A stretch of DNA of 64,000 nt from a virus, in IMG/VR virus record IMGVR_UViG_3300037859_000002, positions 32,001 through 96,000 of that record; one strand, written 5' to 3'. Below, piece after piece: positions 31,109-41,848 of the stretch. The notes under the pieces are model-generated. The model did not search any database. It saw nothing but the letters and a program-made list of their open reading frames with translations, and was not told the DNA's origin. A program made the translations under genes and the position numbers. The first letter of the stretch is position 1, and the number at the start of each line of letters is the position of its first letter.

Positions 31109-32437
31109 GTGCGCCTTGACCTGATCAAGAGCGATCTGGCCGAGGTCGGGGCGCTGCTGAAGATGTTCGACGAGGCGCGGGTTCGCCGCGACCGGGCCGG
31201 TCGCTTCGCCGACCAGGGGGGCGGCCCCAGCCAGCGCCAGCCCGGCCAGGTCCCATCTGCGGCGCCGGTGCGCACCCGCTACGCCTCGTCCAAGGTGTTC
31301 CGCATGGCCTCGGCGACCGAGGCCCCGACCAGCACCTTCGGTGAGGTCGATCACCTGCCGCAGCGGCCGCGCAAGATGGCCGCCGCGGAATACGCGGGGC
31401 TGCGCCAGGCGGCCCAGGCCATCGCGCGCGATCGCCGGCCAGCATACCTCGAGCGCGCGGCCGAGCGGGGTCTGATCCCCGAGGGCGCCACCCCCAGGGC
31501 CGTGCGCCTTGCCTATGCGCACGCGGTTTCCCTGGCCCAGCACGACGCTGGCCTGCACCGCTATGACTACAAGCTCTCGGCTGAGACCAAGGTCGAGCTG
31601 ACGCCGCTGCTGCCGTTCATGCGGTATGCGCGCAAGCGCATGGCCAACGAGCTCGGGGCCGAGCAGGGTCCGGCCCTGGCGAGCATCCGTGCCGCCTTCG
31701 GCACCCCCTTCGCGGACGGGCGGACCGACGTGAAGATCAAGGCCGTCGGCGCGGCCCGCGCCCGGCGCGATGGGCTGATCGAGGCCGCGCGCGCCAAGGG
31801 CCTCATCGGCGAGACCGATGATCCAGGCGACGTGCGCGCCGCCTATGACTACGCGGTGCGCCAGACCATGCTCGACCAGGGCACGCGCACCTATCGGGGT
31901 GCCCGCCTGGGCCAGCCCCGGCTCCTGCCCTTCGTCGAGATGGCCAGCGCCGATCTCAAGGAGGTGCTGCCGACCGAGGGTCAGGCGCGCGTCAGGATGG
32001 CGCCGCGGAGCGAGCTCGCCGACTACGCGGTGCGGGCGCCCGACCCGGTCAAGGTCGCGGACATCATGCGCGAGTTCAAGCGCGGCCGGCTCCGCTCGGG
32101 TCGCAACGGCCCCGTGGTCAAGGACCGCCAGCAGGCCATGGCGATCGCCCTGTCGATGGGGCGGCGCGCCTCGCCGGAGGAGCGGGTGGCCAAGGCCTTC
32201 GCCGACCTGGTGCTGCGCAAGGGCCTGGCCACACTGGTGGCGATCGACACGACCACCGTGGCCCGCCGCGCCCGCTGGGCCGGCGCGGCCCTGAACAACC
32301 AGCCGCAGATGCGCCCGCCCACCACCCTGGCCCAGAAGGCCCTGGCCGATCGGCGTTCGGAGATCGCGCAGCGCGCGCGATACCAGCGCACACGCCTCAG
32401 CCAGAACATCGCGACCTCGCCGATCTGGCGGCGCTGA
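31109..32437 (+). CDS. putative internal head protein (RDxxGRF motif, internal duplication, DUF6496-like segment)
   Basis: FDEARVRRDRAGRFADQGGG; two RGLI..AY..AV..D.G.R.Y..LLPF units; KVADIMREFKRGRLRSG...QAMAIALS. Confidence 0.6.
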   Translation: MRLDLIKSDLAEVGALLKMFDEARVRRDRAGRFADQGGGPSQRQPGQVPSAAPVRTRYASSKVFRMASATEAPTSTFGEVDHLPQRPRKMAAAEYAGLRQAAQAIARDRRPAYLERAAERGLIPEGATPRAVRLAYAHAVSLAQHDAGLHRYDYKLSAETKVELTPLLPFMRYARKRMANELGAEQGPALASIRAAFGTPFADGRTDVKIKAVGAARARRDGLIEAARAKGLIGETDDPGDVRAAYDYAVRQTMLDQGTRTYRGARLGQPRLLPFVEMASADLKEVLPTEGQARVRMAPRSELADYAVRAPDPVKVADIMREFKRGRLRSGRNGPVVKDRQQAMAIALSMGRRASPEERVAKAFADLVLRKGLATLVAIDTTTVARRARWAGAALNNQPQMRPPTTLAQKALADRRSEIAQRARYQRTRLSQNIATSPIWRR

Positions 32438-34470
32438 TGCTCGAGAAGCGTACCGCGGGCGCCCCGCTCTCCGAGGCCGAGATCCAGCAGCGCCGGGACG
32501 CGGCCCGCGCGCGCTGGGCCGCCGCGGGCGTCGGTGCCCTGGCCGGGGCCGGGGCCGCCGCCCTGGTCGCCCACGAGGTCGCCGACCGGACGTTCAAACG
32601 CCGGGTGCTCGACGCGGCCCAGCGCCGGGCCGTCGATGCCCAGACCGCGGTGGACCGCGCGCGCACCCAGGTGCGTGGCTGGGCCAACCTGCTGCAGAAC
32701 GACTTCGCCGAGCGCGAGAAGTGGATACGGGGTTCGGGCGCGCCCGTGCGCGGCGCCGTGGCCAACGAGCTCAACCGCGAGCGCACGCGCCGCGCCATGC
32801 CCGGCATGGGGTTGCAGGAGCGTCCCCTCTCCGCAGCCGCCCGGCGTGTGCAGCGCTTCGGCCACCTTCCGACGATCGGCACGGTCAACAACAACCAGGT
32901 GCTCAAGCTCATCGAGCAGCGGCTCGCCCGGCGGGTCCAGAGCATCAAGAGCATGCGTGCCGACCTCTACGTTGATCCAGCCGCCGACTTCCCTGAGTTC
33001 AAGGACGCGCAGGGCGGCCACCGTCAGGAGCGGGCTCTCAACGTCTACCTCAAGGAGGCCGAGAACGAGCTGCAGGCGTTCCGGAACCGTAAGACCCCGG
33101 GCGCGGCCCTCGTCGCCCCAGGGAAGCGGAAGGCCAAGGGCAACGCCGGGATCGAGCTGGATGCGCCGAAGGCGCGTGGAGCGCCCGCGGAGTCCGACGT
33201 CAGGGCGCACACCAAGTCTGTGTTCAGGGGCGGCTGGACCAAGAAACAGATCGCCACCGCGATCGCGGTCGAGCGCAAGGCCATCGCGGCGAAGACCGCG
33301 CGGGCGATCGGCAGGATCGAGCGTGTCGCCCGCGCCCGAACCGTCCGGGCCGAGGCCGCGGCGCGGGCCAAGCTGCGCCAGGACGTGGGGCGTCTCTCGG
33401 CCTGGGCGCTGTCGCGGGCCAGGCGGCTGCGCAACCGCACGGCCCTGGTCGGCGCCCTGGTCGGCGCTGGGGTGGGGGCGCTCGCGGTCAAGCGCAAAGA
33501 TTTGCAGGAATCGCTCGGGAAAAGCGCGCCACTCGCGAAGGCCGACCTCGAGGGCGCCCTGGCCGAGGCCCTGCTGCGGATGTTTCAGCGCTGGCGCAGT
33601 GCGCGCGAGACCGCGGCCGCCACACCCGCTCAGGCGGCCGACGACATTGACCGCTCCACCGAAGTGTTGGACGATCTCTTCTCGGGCGGGGCGGGTGAGG
33701 CCATTGGCCAGCTTGATCCGTCGGGTGGACCAGATCGGGAGCGGCGCCTCGCCGTGTCGTTCGACCTGCGGAATCCGTTGGTCGAGCGCGAACTCCGGCG
33801 ATACCGCCTCGATCTGGTTCGCGAGATCTCGGGCGAGCAGACCCAGGCGATCCGCACGATCCTGCTCCGCGGCACCGCCGAGGGCCGCCCGACCCAGGAC
33901 ATGGCCCGCGACATCCGTGAGACCGTGGGGCTGACCGCCTGGCAGGCCGAGCAGGTGCAGCGCTATCGCCGGCAGCTCGAGACCCTCGATCCGTCGGCGC
34001 TGCGGCGCGAGTTGCGCGACCGTCGCTTCGACCGGACCTTCCAGGCCGCGATCGACCGTAACCAAAATCTGACGCCCGAGCGCGTGGACCGCATGGTCGA
34101 CGGCTACTACCGCCGTTTCCTGGCCTTCCGGGCGACGACGATCTCCCGGACCGAGGCGCTGCGGGCCACCAATCTGGGCAACGTCGCGGCCGCCCGCGCC
34201 TGGCTGACGGAGAACCCGTCGATGACCCTGGTGAAGACCTGGGTGGCCACGCGGGACGCCCGCACGCGCGACCTGCACGTCGAGCTCAATGGCCGCTCGG
34301 TCGTGGGGATCGACACGCCCTTCGTCTGTTCGGACGGGAGCACGATCCGGCATCCGCATGATCCGGAGGCGGCGGCCAAGCATACCGTGAATTGTCGGTG
34401 CACCATCTCCTGGGCGCCGGTTGCGAAAGCGCGCGCCGTGGAGCGCGCGGTCCAGGAGGCTTCGTCATGA
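32437..34470 (+). CDS. minor head protein with C-terminal Mu gpF / SPP1 gp7-like domain
   Basis: RATTISRTEALRA...KTWVATRDARTRDLH..LNG...PHDP......NCRC. Confidence 0.8.
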   Translation: MLEKRTAGAPLSEAEIQQRRDAARARWAAAGVGALAGAGAAALVAHEVADRTFKRRVLDAAQRRAVDAQTAVDRARTQVRGWANLLQNDFAEREKWIRGSGAPVRGAVANELNRERTRRAMPGMGLQERPLSAAARRVQRFGHLPTIGTVNNNQVLKLIEQRLARRVQSIKSMRADLYVDPAADFPEFKDAQGGHRQERALNVYLKEAENELQAFRNRKTPGAALVAPGKRKAKGNAGIELDAPKARGAPAESDVRAHTKSVFRGGWTKKQIATAIAVERKAIAAKTARAIGRIERVARARTVRAEAAARAKLRQDVGRLSAWALSRARRLRNRTALVGALVGAGVGALAVKRKDLQESLGKSAPLAKADLEGALAEALLRMFQRWRSARETAAATPAQAADDIDRSTEVLDDLFSGGAGEAIGQLDPSGGPDRERRLAVSFDLRNPLVERELRRYRLDLVREISGEQTQAIRTILLRGTAEGRPTQDMARDIRETVGLTAWQAEQVQRYRRQLETLDPSALRRELRDRRFDRTFQAAIDRNQNLTPERVDRMVDGYYRRFLAFRATTISRTEALRATNLGNVAAARAWLTENPSMTLVKTWVATRDARTRDLHVELNGRSVVGIDTPFVCSDGSTIRHPHDPEAAAKHTVNCRCTISWAPVAKARAVERAVQEASS

Positions 34471-35756
34471 GCGCCAAGGTCAGGGTCTTCCGCGCGATCG
34501 GCCGAGTCAGGAACGCGAAGCTGCGCGCCAGCGCCGTCGGTCGGGTCAAGGCCGGGGCCGGACACATCGGTCGCCTGGGCCTCAAGGTCAGCCTGCCCAC
34601 CGTTGCTGCCGCGGCCGGCGCCGTCGGCGGCATCGGCATCGTCCGCGCCATCGAGGGCCGCCTTTCACCCAGGAAAGATCAGAGCATGAACCGCGTTGGC
34701 GTCGAGAAGATCGAGGATCCGAACCTGATGCCCGAGGTGGGGGCCCTGCTCGCCCTGGTGCCCGAGCATGAGCGCCAGGGCCAGGCGCTGCTGGCGCATC
34801 GATATGCAATCGAGGTCGGCCGCCTGCTGGAGAAGAACGGCACGCGCCCCGATGAAGAGGTCGAGCTCGCGAAGTGGGCTGGCGACAGCCTGTTGCGCAA
34901 GGCCAGCATGGCAGGTGTCATGAGCGTCCTGGGGCGTGCTCAGGGCGCGGTGAAGGCTGGCGTCGCCCGCTACCGCGTTGGGGCCAACCGTGCCGGTGCC
35001 ACCGGTGCGCTGGCCATGGGTGACTTCCAGGGCAGGCGGACGCCCACCAATCCGAGGAAGATCATGGGCGCGATGAAGCTCGGTCGGAGGTTGGGTGTCG
35101 GCGCTTTCCACGGCGGCGTTGCCGCCGGCGCGGGCGCTGCGGGCTATGGCGCCTACCGGGCCACGCGCTCCAACAAGGCCGACGCCACCACCGACCTGAA
35201 CAAGGAGACCACGATGAACGACCTCGAAACCCAGCTCGAGAAGATCGCCCAGGCCATGGCAGAGCTTCCGGAAGCGGACCGCCAGCGCGAGATGATCCGT
35301 CTCGCCCAGTCGGCCAACATCGGTGCCCAGCTGAGCAAGCTCGCCGGTGATGCCGACGCCCAGGGCCAGTTGCTCGACGCCTGGGCCGCCGATGATCCGA
35401 TGAAGAAAATGCTCGGCGGCATGCTCCGCTCGGTCAATCCGCTGATCGGCACCCACAAGAGCCAGGCGGGCGCCAAACTGAAGCCCGCGACCGAGGGCGT
35501 GATTCCCGCCGCGGCGGGCAAGGGTGTGGGCTCGCAGAACGCGGGCCTGCACGCCAGCAACGGCGGCCGCATCCGGGCCAAGAAGGTCGCGGTCAAGGGC
35601 AGCATCCGTGAAAACGCGAACGCGGCGGCCAAGGCGGCGATCCGCATCGGCGGCTCGGTGTACAACCAGCGCACTGGCGGCATGGGTCGTGCCCACAAGG
35701 CCGACACCGCGGTCGACCTGCGCAAGGCCGCCCAGGACCGTTGGGCCAACCGCTGA
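34467..35756 (+). CDS. putative internal head polyprotein
   Basis: Gly/Ala-rich basic segments separated by hydrophobic-x-K sites. Confidence 0.6.
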   Translation: MSAKVRVFRAIGRVRNAKLRASAVGRVKAGAGHIGRLGLKVSLPTVAAAAGAVGGIGIVRAIEGRLSPRKDQSMNRVGVEKIEDPNLMPEVGALLALVPEHERQGQALLAHRYAIEVGRLLEKNGTRPDEEVELAKWAGDSLLRKASMAGVMSVLGRAQGAVKAGVARYRVGANRAGATGALAMGDFQGRRTPTNPRKIMGAMKLGRRLGVGAFHGGVAAGAGAAGYGAYRATRSNKADATTDLNKETTMNDLETQLEKIAQAMAELPEADRQREMIRLAQSANIGAQLSKLAGDADAQGQLLDAWAADDPMKKMLGGMLRSVNPLIGTHKSQAGAKLKPATEGVIPAAAGKGVGSQNAGLHASNGGRIRAKKVAVKGSIRENANAAAKAAIRIGGSVYNQRTGGMGRAHKADTAVDLRKAAQDRWANR

Positions 35757-35765
35757 GGCCCTGAC

Positions 35766-36512
35766 GTGGACCTTGCTCATCTGCCCCCTGCGAGCGGCAT
35801 CTATCAGGTTTGCCACGCTGGATCTGGCAAGGTCTACATCGGCAGCAGCCGCAACATGCGCGCCCGATTGTTCAAGCACGTCACCGACCTTAACCAAGGT
35901 CTTCACCATAGCCTGTTGCTCCAACGTGCGTGGGTGAAGCACGGGCCTTCGGCGTTCGCGGTCACTGTCATCGAGCTCTGTGATGTCGATCAGATGCTGG
36001 TGCGCGAGCAGGCACATCTAGATCTGCACAAATCGTGGGATCCATCTGTCGGTTACAATGTGTCGCCGACGGCTGCGAACTGCTTGGGTGTGAAGCACAC
36101 CGAGGCCACAAAGCAGAAGCTATCGGTGCAGCGTCGTGGACGGCCGAAAAGCGAGGAGTGGAAGCGGAAGATCTCTGCGATCCACAAGGGACGGATCATC
36201 CCTGAGGCACAGCGTGAGGCCATTCGGGCGAAACTCACAGGTCGTAAGCTTTCGCCCGAGCGCATCGCAAATGCAGTTGCTGGGAAGCTCGCCCTCATCG
36301 CGTCCGGCTGGAAACGGCCGCCGCTTTCTCCTGAGGTTCAGGCGCGGCAGGCCGCAAAGCTGCGTGGGCGAAAGATGTCCGATGAAACGAGGACGCGCAT
36401 GAGCGCGGCCCGAAAAGGCAAAGCGGTGCCTGAGGAACAACGGGTGGCGATCGCCGCTCGGATGCGTGAAATCTGGCGCCAGCGCCGCGCTGCGAAAGAG
36501 GTCGGCACATGA
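35766..36512 (+). CDS. GIY-YIG homing endonuclease with NUMOD3 repeats
   Basis: SGIYQVCH..SGKVYIGSS..R...REQ...GYN; HTEATKQKLS, KSEEWKRKIS and MSDETRTRMS repeats; lower GC. Confidence 0.9.
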   Translation: MDLAHLPPASGIYQVCHAGSGKVYIGSSRNMRARLFKHVTDLNQGLHHSLLLQRAWVKHGPSAFAVTVIELCDVDQMLVREQAHLDLHKSWDPSVGYNVSPTAANCLGVKHTEATKQKLSVQRRGRPKSEEWKRKISAIHKGRIIPEAQREAIRAKLTGRKLSPERIANAVAGKLALIASGWKRPPLSPEVQARQAAKLRGRKMSDETRTRMSAARKGKAVPEEQRVAIAARMREIWRQRRAAKEVGT

Positions 36513-37321
36513 ACATCACGATCCCCCTCACCAAAATCGACGTTGAACGCCGATTGATCTTCGGGCGTGCGGTGCAAGAGGTGCCGGACAAGTCTGGCGA
36601 GATTCTCGACTACGCGACGGCCAAGCCAGCGTTCCAGGCGTGGTCGAAGGGCTTCGAGGATGCCACCGGAGGCCTGAGTAAGGGCAACCTGCGCGTCATG
36701 CACAAGAAAGATGGCGTCGCCGGTAAGCTTGTCGATCTAACCTACAACGACGGCGAGAAGGCGATCGATATCTGCGCCAAGGTCGTTGACGATGTGGAAT
36801 GGGCTAAGTGCCTTGAGGGGGTCTATACAGGTCTTTCCGTCGGCGGCTCCTACGCGCATCGCTGGAAGGACGGCGAGCACACGCGCTACACGCCCCGGGT
36901 CGCCGAGGTCTCGCTCGTGGACAGTCCGTGCATCCCGACCTGCCGGATCATCGACCTGGTGAAGGCCGACGGCATGACCGGACAGCTGGAGCTCAGGGGC
37001 CGCGCCCGGACCTATGCAGAGCTGGCGCCCCCGGCGCCCCCGCCGAGCTACAGCGCGCTGGTGAAGGCCGCGCCTCGAACCTACGGTGAGATGGAGAAGG
37101 GCGCGCTCGGTTCCGGGCTGCGCGCGGCCCGCATCGCCTATGACAACGGCCGCGCCCTGGGCGCATCGCGCGCCGCGAGCGCCGTTGGTGGGGCCTACCA
37201 TGGGGTTCGTGGCTTCAAGCGCGCCGGGGGAAAGATCCGCAGTCTCGCTGGTGCTGCCGTGGGTGCCGCTGCGATCGGCGGCGGCCTGCTGGCTTGGCGC
37301 CGCCGGCGCAAGAGCGCCTGA
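36509..37321 (+). CDS. prohead protease (XkdF/HK97-like)
   Basis: KIDVERRLIFG...DKSGE...LRVMH...AGK...W.K...GVYTGLSVGG...EVSLVDSP. Confidence 0.8.
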   Translation: MNITIPLTKIDVERRLIFGRAVQEVPDKSGEILDYATAKPAFQAWSKGFEDATGGLSKGNLRVMHKKDGVAGKLVDLTYNDGEKAIDICAKVVDDVEWAKCLEGVYTGLSVGGSYAHRWKDGEHTRYTPRVAEVSLVDSPCIPTCRIIDLVKADGMTGQLELRGRARTYAELAPPAPPPSYSALVKAAPRTYGEMEKGALGSGLRAARIAYDNGRALGASRAASAVGGAYHGVRGFKRAGGKIRSLAGAAVGAAAIGGGLLAWRRRRKSA

Positions 37322-37327
37322 GCCGCT

Positions 37328-40300
37328 GTGACCAAGCCGGTCTATGACGCCTGGGTCATCAAAGCCCTGAACAAGCGCGTCATCGCCCACAACGAAGCCG
37401 AGACCGACCCGCGCAGACGCCTGCGCCTGGCCGACGTCAAGACCGTTCACGGCCGCGGCTGGCGCGACAAGGAGAGCGCCATGGCCAAGGTCGATGCCTT
37501 CGTCGACCACCTGGCCAAGGCCGAGGATTTCGAGGAGTGGAAGCACCGCCGCGACAACGGCGGCCGCTTCGCACCCAAGGGCGGGGGCAAGTCGCCCGAG
37601 CGTCACCGGGCCGACATGGAGCGCGACGACCAGTACCGGGCGGCCCACACCCAGGTCATTCCCGAGACGCGCTTCACCACCCTGGGCGCCCCCTTGGCTG
37701 GCCTTGCGGGCGTCGGCCTTGGTGCCGCCTCCTGGGGATCTGGCCTGGCGAACCGCGCCTTCAGCGGCACGGGCCGCAGGGTCGCGGGCGCCGTGGCCGG
37801 CAACGCCGCCAAGGTCGCGGTCGGCGTGCCCGTGCTGCTGGCCACGACGGCGACGCGCCCCCTGCTGGGGCGGGCCGCGCTGGCCTTCGGGCTGCGGCCG
37901 CCATCGCGTGAGGCCTATCGCCGGTTTGTCCGCGGCTCTGCCAACGGCGCCGACCATGGTGCGCGCGTGGCCGCCGACCTGGGCATGCGCGCCTGGACCG
38001 CGGCGCGGACCCGTGTGCTGGCCGCGGCCCGCAAGACAGGGGGGCCCAAGGCTGTGTGGCTTGCCGGTGCCGCCGTTCCGGGCGTTGCGTATGGCACCGG
38101 TCTGTACCACGCCGCGGGCGCCGTGGGCCCGGTGCTCGACAGCCTGTTTCCGCGCCGGGTGGACAAGGTCGACGCGGGGGCCGCGCTGGTCAAGCGCATG
38201 GCCCAGGGCGAGGACCTGTTGGCTGCCGTTGCCGGCTCCGAGGAGCTGGCGCTGGTCAAGGCCGCCTATCTGCAAGACCTGGCAAAGGCGACGGTGCCGA
38301 GCGCGGCCTCGATGGCCCGCATCGCCAACCAAGCAATTTCCCGGTTTCAGCGCCGAATCGGCCCGGCCGTGGTGCGCTACGGCACGGGCAAGGTGCGCCG
38401 GGCCATCGTCGGCGCCTCGGGCCGCGCCATCGCGGGCGCCACGGCCGCCGCCGCCGGGGGCCTCGCCGCGGGTGGTGCCACCTATGCCGCGGGCAACCCC
38501 TATCGCGACGCCGAGGGCCGCTTCACCAGCCGCGAGAAGGCGGCCTTCATGGTCGGCGTCGCCGGCGGCCTCGCCTCGGGCACGGCCGTCGTGCTCGGCC
38601 TGCGCCGCGGCAACATGAAGGCCGCCTCGGCCGTGATCCGCGATGTCGCGGACAAGGCGCGCGGCAACCTCGACCAGTTCCAGGCCCGGGTCGAACGCGA
38701 GCTGACCGCTCGGGCGCAGAAGACGGGCATCAGTGTCGGCGGCAACATCGACCTGACCAGGGAATTCCCCGAGGTGGGCCGCAAGGCGCGGATCGCACTG
38801 CCCACCAAGAGCATGACCCTGGCCGAGACCCGCAATCGTGTGGGCAAGCAGTTCGACGACGACATCGCAGCCGCCGCGGGCTCGCCCGCGAATTGGATGC
38901 GCCTGCAGATCGACGAGGCGCACGCGCGCCAGGTCGCGGCCGTGACCAAGGAGGCGATGACCCTCTCGGGACCCAACAAGGGGGCCTTCAAGGCCGGCTG
39001 GGACCAGAAGCGGCTCGATCGCGCGGTCAAGACGCTCGGCGACGTGCGCGACAAGGCCAAGCTCGAGGCCGAGAAGAGCCTGTCGGACCACACTGCCGTG
39101 GGGCAGGCCCTGAAGACCGACCTGGGTGAGCTGAAGGACTTTCTCGGGCGCGCTAACCTCGCGCGGGGCACGGCGGGCACCGAAGCGCTGGCCGTGCCCA
39201 CGGCGGTGCTGAAGCTCGACGGCAAGGCCCAGAAGAAGGTCGACCGGTTCCTGGAACTCGGGCGGGAGTATGCTGCGGCCCACAAGGCCTCGATCGAGAC
39301 GATCAAGACCGGCGATCCCGACGAACTGGCGCTGCACCGCGCGCGCGATGCCGCGGCCAAGGCGGTGCCCGAGATCGAGAAGAAGCTCAAGCAGGCGACC
39401 AAGGCCTTCGACGATCTGGTGGAGGAGATGAAGCACCAGACCCAGGCGAGTGGGCACACGACCCTGGCCCAGGCCGCGGCCGATCACGCGAAGATCCCGA
39501 TGCCCAAGATCGTCGACGAGGTCACCACCAGCGGGCTTCGCCTGGCGGGTCAGCCGCCGAAGGGTGAGGCTATCTTCCTGAAGCCGCCACCCGATGAGGC
39601 GGCGTTGCGCCAGGTGCGCGCGCGCATCCTGGACGAGGTTGATACCAGGTTTGCCCAGACCGCGAAGATCGAGGCGCTGCAGGTGCGCAAGATCGCCGAG
39701 GCCGAGGTGAGCCGTGCTCTGGGCCAGCTGCGTGAGCTGGCGCCCGCGACGCTGCCCGAGGGCGCGGGCGCCGCTCTGATGCGCGCGGCCGAGGCCGCGG
39801 GGCGCTACAAGGCCGAGGTGCTGAAGGACCTGAAGAAGGTTCCCAAATTGCTCGACCGCGGTCTCCATCACCAGGCCAGCGCCTGGCTTACCTCGATCTC
39901 CAACAGCGCCGTCAAGCTTCGCGGTCGAGCCCGCGAGCTGCTGAGCGGCATCGCCTACGACAAGCAGTCCGACGGAACCTGGAAATTTTCGCCCAAGAAG
40001 GCGAGCCTGAAGACCCTGGGCCTGCTCAGCGCCACCGGGGTGATCAAGATCACCGACGATGCGCTGCTGCCCCAGTGGGGCGACCGTTGGAAGCGTCCGG
40101 GCAAGGAGCTGAAGCCCGTCTCCGAGATCCAGTCGAACGGCGACGGCCGGATCGGCGTCACCTTCGTGGATGCGAACGACGGCCAGCGCAAGTGGGCCTC
40201 GGGCTACGAGATCAAGGGCGGGGTCGAGACCCCACTTCGCTTCGGCACCCTGTACGAAAGGCCGGGCCAGCAGCAGGGGCAGCAGCGCGACCAGGGTAGG

Positions 40301-41848
40301 CGCGAGAACGCCTTCCAGCCTGAGAATGACGCCTCGAGGCAGACCATCGGCAAGGCCATCTCGGCGGCCTTCCAGGCGAAGAAGATCGAGAACGGTGACG
40401 CCGACGATGCTGGCCGATTCCAGTTCCTGGGCAAGGGTGGCGTGCCCAACGAGGTGAGGGCCGGCAACGCCGAGGCCCTCTCGGTTCGTCGTCGGGCCAT
40501 CGCGAGGATGCGGCGGCAGGAGCGCGACTCGCTCGGGCAGAACGACTACTTCAAGGCGCTCTCGAGCCTGTTTGACAAAGACGCGCGGCTGCTGACCCTG
40601 GACGATCGCGTCGACCTGTTCTTCGGCAAGGGCGGCATCGCCGCCGGCGCCGACGCCAATACGGGGATCAAGCAGCGCGTGCGCAACGAGCTCGATCGCT
40701 GGCGCGACTTCGCCAACCAGGACCAGCGCAACGACATGCGCCGCCTGGTCGGCACCCTGCATCTGCGCGGCGACCTCAACGACAGCGAGGCCAAGAGTGC
40801 CTACGGCATCATCTCGTCCAGGCCGATCCGGGGTGCCACGGCCGACACGCCGGTGGTGACGCCGACCGCACCCAAGGTGCCGGTGCTCTCTGCCCGCGCA
40901 GCGAGTGCGCCTGAGGTGAAAATCCGGCTGGACAAGTTCGGTTCGGAGATCCTGAGCGCCGTCAATTCCTACAGCTTCGACGAACAGCAGAGCGCCCAGT
41001 GGCAGCGCACCCTCAGGGGTTTCGGCGCCTCCGATGATCCGCAGAAGCAGCGGCAGAGTTTCTCAAACCAGATCGCCGAGCTGGCGGGCGATCTCTACGA
41101 GATCGAACGCGCCCGCAACCAGGCGCTCGACGAAACCGAGCTGCTGGGCCTCGTGCGCCGACGCATGCTGAACTCGATCAAGTCCACGGGCCGGATCTTG
41201 ATCGAAAAGCTCGATGCCGGAGCCGGCCTGGCCAAGGCCTGGGATGAGTCGAAGTTCGTGCGTCACGCCAAGGGCAGCATCGCGGGCGGCGAGTTCGCTC
41301 CCAAGGGCGGCCACGGCGAGCGGGCGGGTCGTGTCGCCGAAGGCCTCGCCGCGAGCAGGGCGCACACGGGCGAGGAGCGCTCGCCCTTCGAGCCCGTGCG
41401 TGCGCTGGGCAACCTGGGCAGCATCGCCTCGAGCACCGCCGCCTGGCAGGCGGCCGAGCGGTTCCTGCCCGCTGGTGGCAGGATCGTCGCCCGGGCCGGC
41501 CGGTTCGGGGTCAAGCTCGCGGCCTCGGGCGTCGCAGGCTCGGCCGGCAAGGTCGGCGGCGAAGCGGTGGCCAACGCTGGCTACAAGGTGGCGGGCAAGC
41601 CCTCCCCCGGCACCTACGAAGAGCCGCTGCGCCCCGCCATAGAGGAGAGCATGCGCCTGGCGGGCAACATCCTGGGCACACTCGGAGGCGCCGCCGCCGG
41701 CGCCGCGGGCGGCCCGGCCGGCTCGTTCGCCGGGGGTGTCGCTGGCGCCGTCGCCGGCGAGGAGGCCGGGGGCGCGGTCTACCGCTTCGTCACCAGCCGC
41801 CACGGCGAAGAGGCCGCGGCGCGGATCCAGCGCTTCTTCCAGCCCTGA
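37328..41848 (+). CDS. large putative internal-virion (ejection) polyprotein
   Basis: 1506 aa; three RD/H..G(R/E)F motifs, glycine zippers, many LxKA sites; lies between protease and scaffold. Confidence 0.65.
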   Translation: MTKPVYDAWVIKALNKRVIAHNEAETDPRRRLRLADVKTVHGRGWRDKESAMAKVDAFVDHLAKAEDFEEWKHRRDNGGRFAPKGGGKSPERHRADMERDDQYRAAHTQVIPETRFTTLGAPLAGLAGVGLGAASWGSGLANRAFSGTGRRVAGAVAGNAAKVAVGVPVLLATTATRPLLGRAALAFGLRPPSREAYRRFVRGSANGADHGARVAADLGMRAWTAARTRVLAAARKTGGPKAVWLAGAAVPGVAYGTGLYHAAGAVGPVLDSLFPRRVDKVDAGAALVKRMAQGEDLLAAVAGSEELALVKAAYLQDLAKATVPSAASMARIANQAISRFQRRIGPAVVRYGTGKVRRAIVGASGRAIAGATAAAAGGLAAGGATYAAGNPYRDAEGRFTSREKAAFMVGVAGGLASGTAVVLGLRRGNMKAASAVIRDVADKARGNLDQFQARVERELTARAQKTGISVGGNIDLTREFPEVGRKARIALPTKSMTLAETRNRVGKQFDDDIAAAAGSPANWMRLQIDEAHARQVAAVTKEAMTLSGPNKGAFKAGWDQKRLDRAVKTLGDVRDKAKLEAEKSLSDHTAVGQALKTDLGELKDFLGRANLARGTAGTEALAVPTAVLKLDGKAQKKVDRFLELGREYAAAHKASIETIKTGDPDELALHRARDAAAKAVPEIEKKLKQATKAFDDLVEEMKHQTQASGHTTLAQAAADHAKIPMPKIVDEVTTSGLRLAGQPPKGEAIFLKPPPDEAALRQVRARILDEVDTRFAQTAKIEALQVRKIAEAEVSRALGQLRELAPATLPEGAGAALMRAAEAAGRYKAEVLKDLKKVPKLLDRGLHHQASAWLTSISNSAVKLRGRARELLSGIAYDKQSDGTWKFSPKKASLKTLGLLSATGVIKITDDALLPQWGDRWKRPGKELKPVSEIQSNGDGRIGVTFVDANDGQRKWASGYEIKGGVETPLRFGTLYERPGQQQGQQRDQGRRENAFQPENDASRQTIGKAISAAFQAKKIENGDADDAGRFQFLGKGGVPNEVRAGNAEALSVRRRAIARMRRQERDSLGQNDYFKALSSLFDKDARLLTLDDRVDLFFGKGGIAAGADANTGIKQRVRNELDRWRDFANQDQRNDMRRLVGTLHLRGDLNDSEAKSAYGIISSRPIRGATADTPVVTPTAPKVPVLSARAASAPEVKIRLDKFGSEILSAVNSYSFDEQQSAQWQRTLRGFGASDDPQKQRQSFSNQIAELAGDLYEIERARNQALDETELLGLVRRRMLNSIKSTGRILIEKLDAGAGLAKAWDESKFVRHAKGSIAGGEFAPKGGHGERAGRVAEGLAASRAHTGEERSPFEPVRALGNLGSIASSTAAWQAAERFLPAGGRIVARAGRFGVKLAASGVAGSAGKVGGEAVANAGYKVAGKPSPGTYEEPLRPAIEESMRLAGNILGTLGGAAAGAAGGPAGSFAGGVAGAVAGEEAGGAVYRFVTSRHGEEAAARIQRFFQP

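Noticed and set aside
35766-36512. Penelope-like retroelement link between the GIY-YIG gene and the hammerheads
   Set aside because: No reverse transcriptase in the window; the endonuclease is a typical NUMOD3 phage homing endonuclease 15 kb from the nearest hammerhead
36-40762. Long antisense ORFs (e.g. 36-1616 +, 6832-8889 -, 14714-16759 +, 27722-29914 -, 36737-40762 -)
   Set aside because: Shadow frames of real genes in high-GC DNA, with no motifs or RBS
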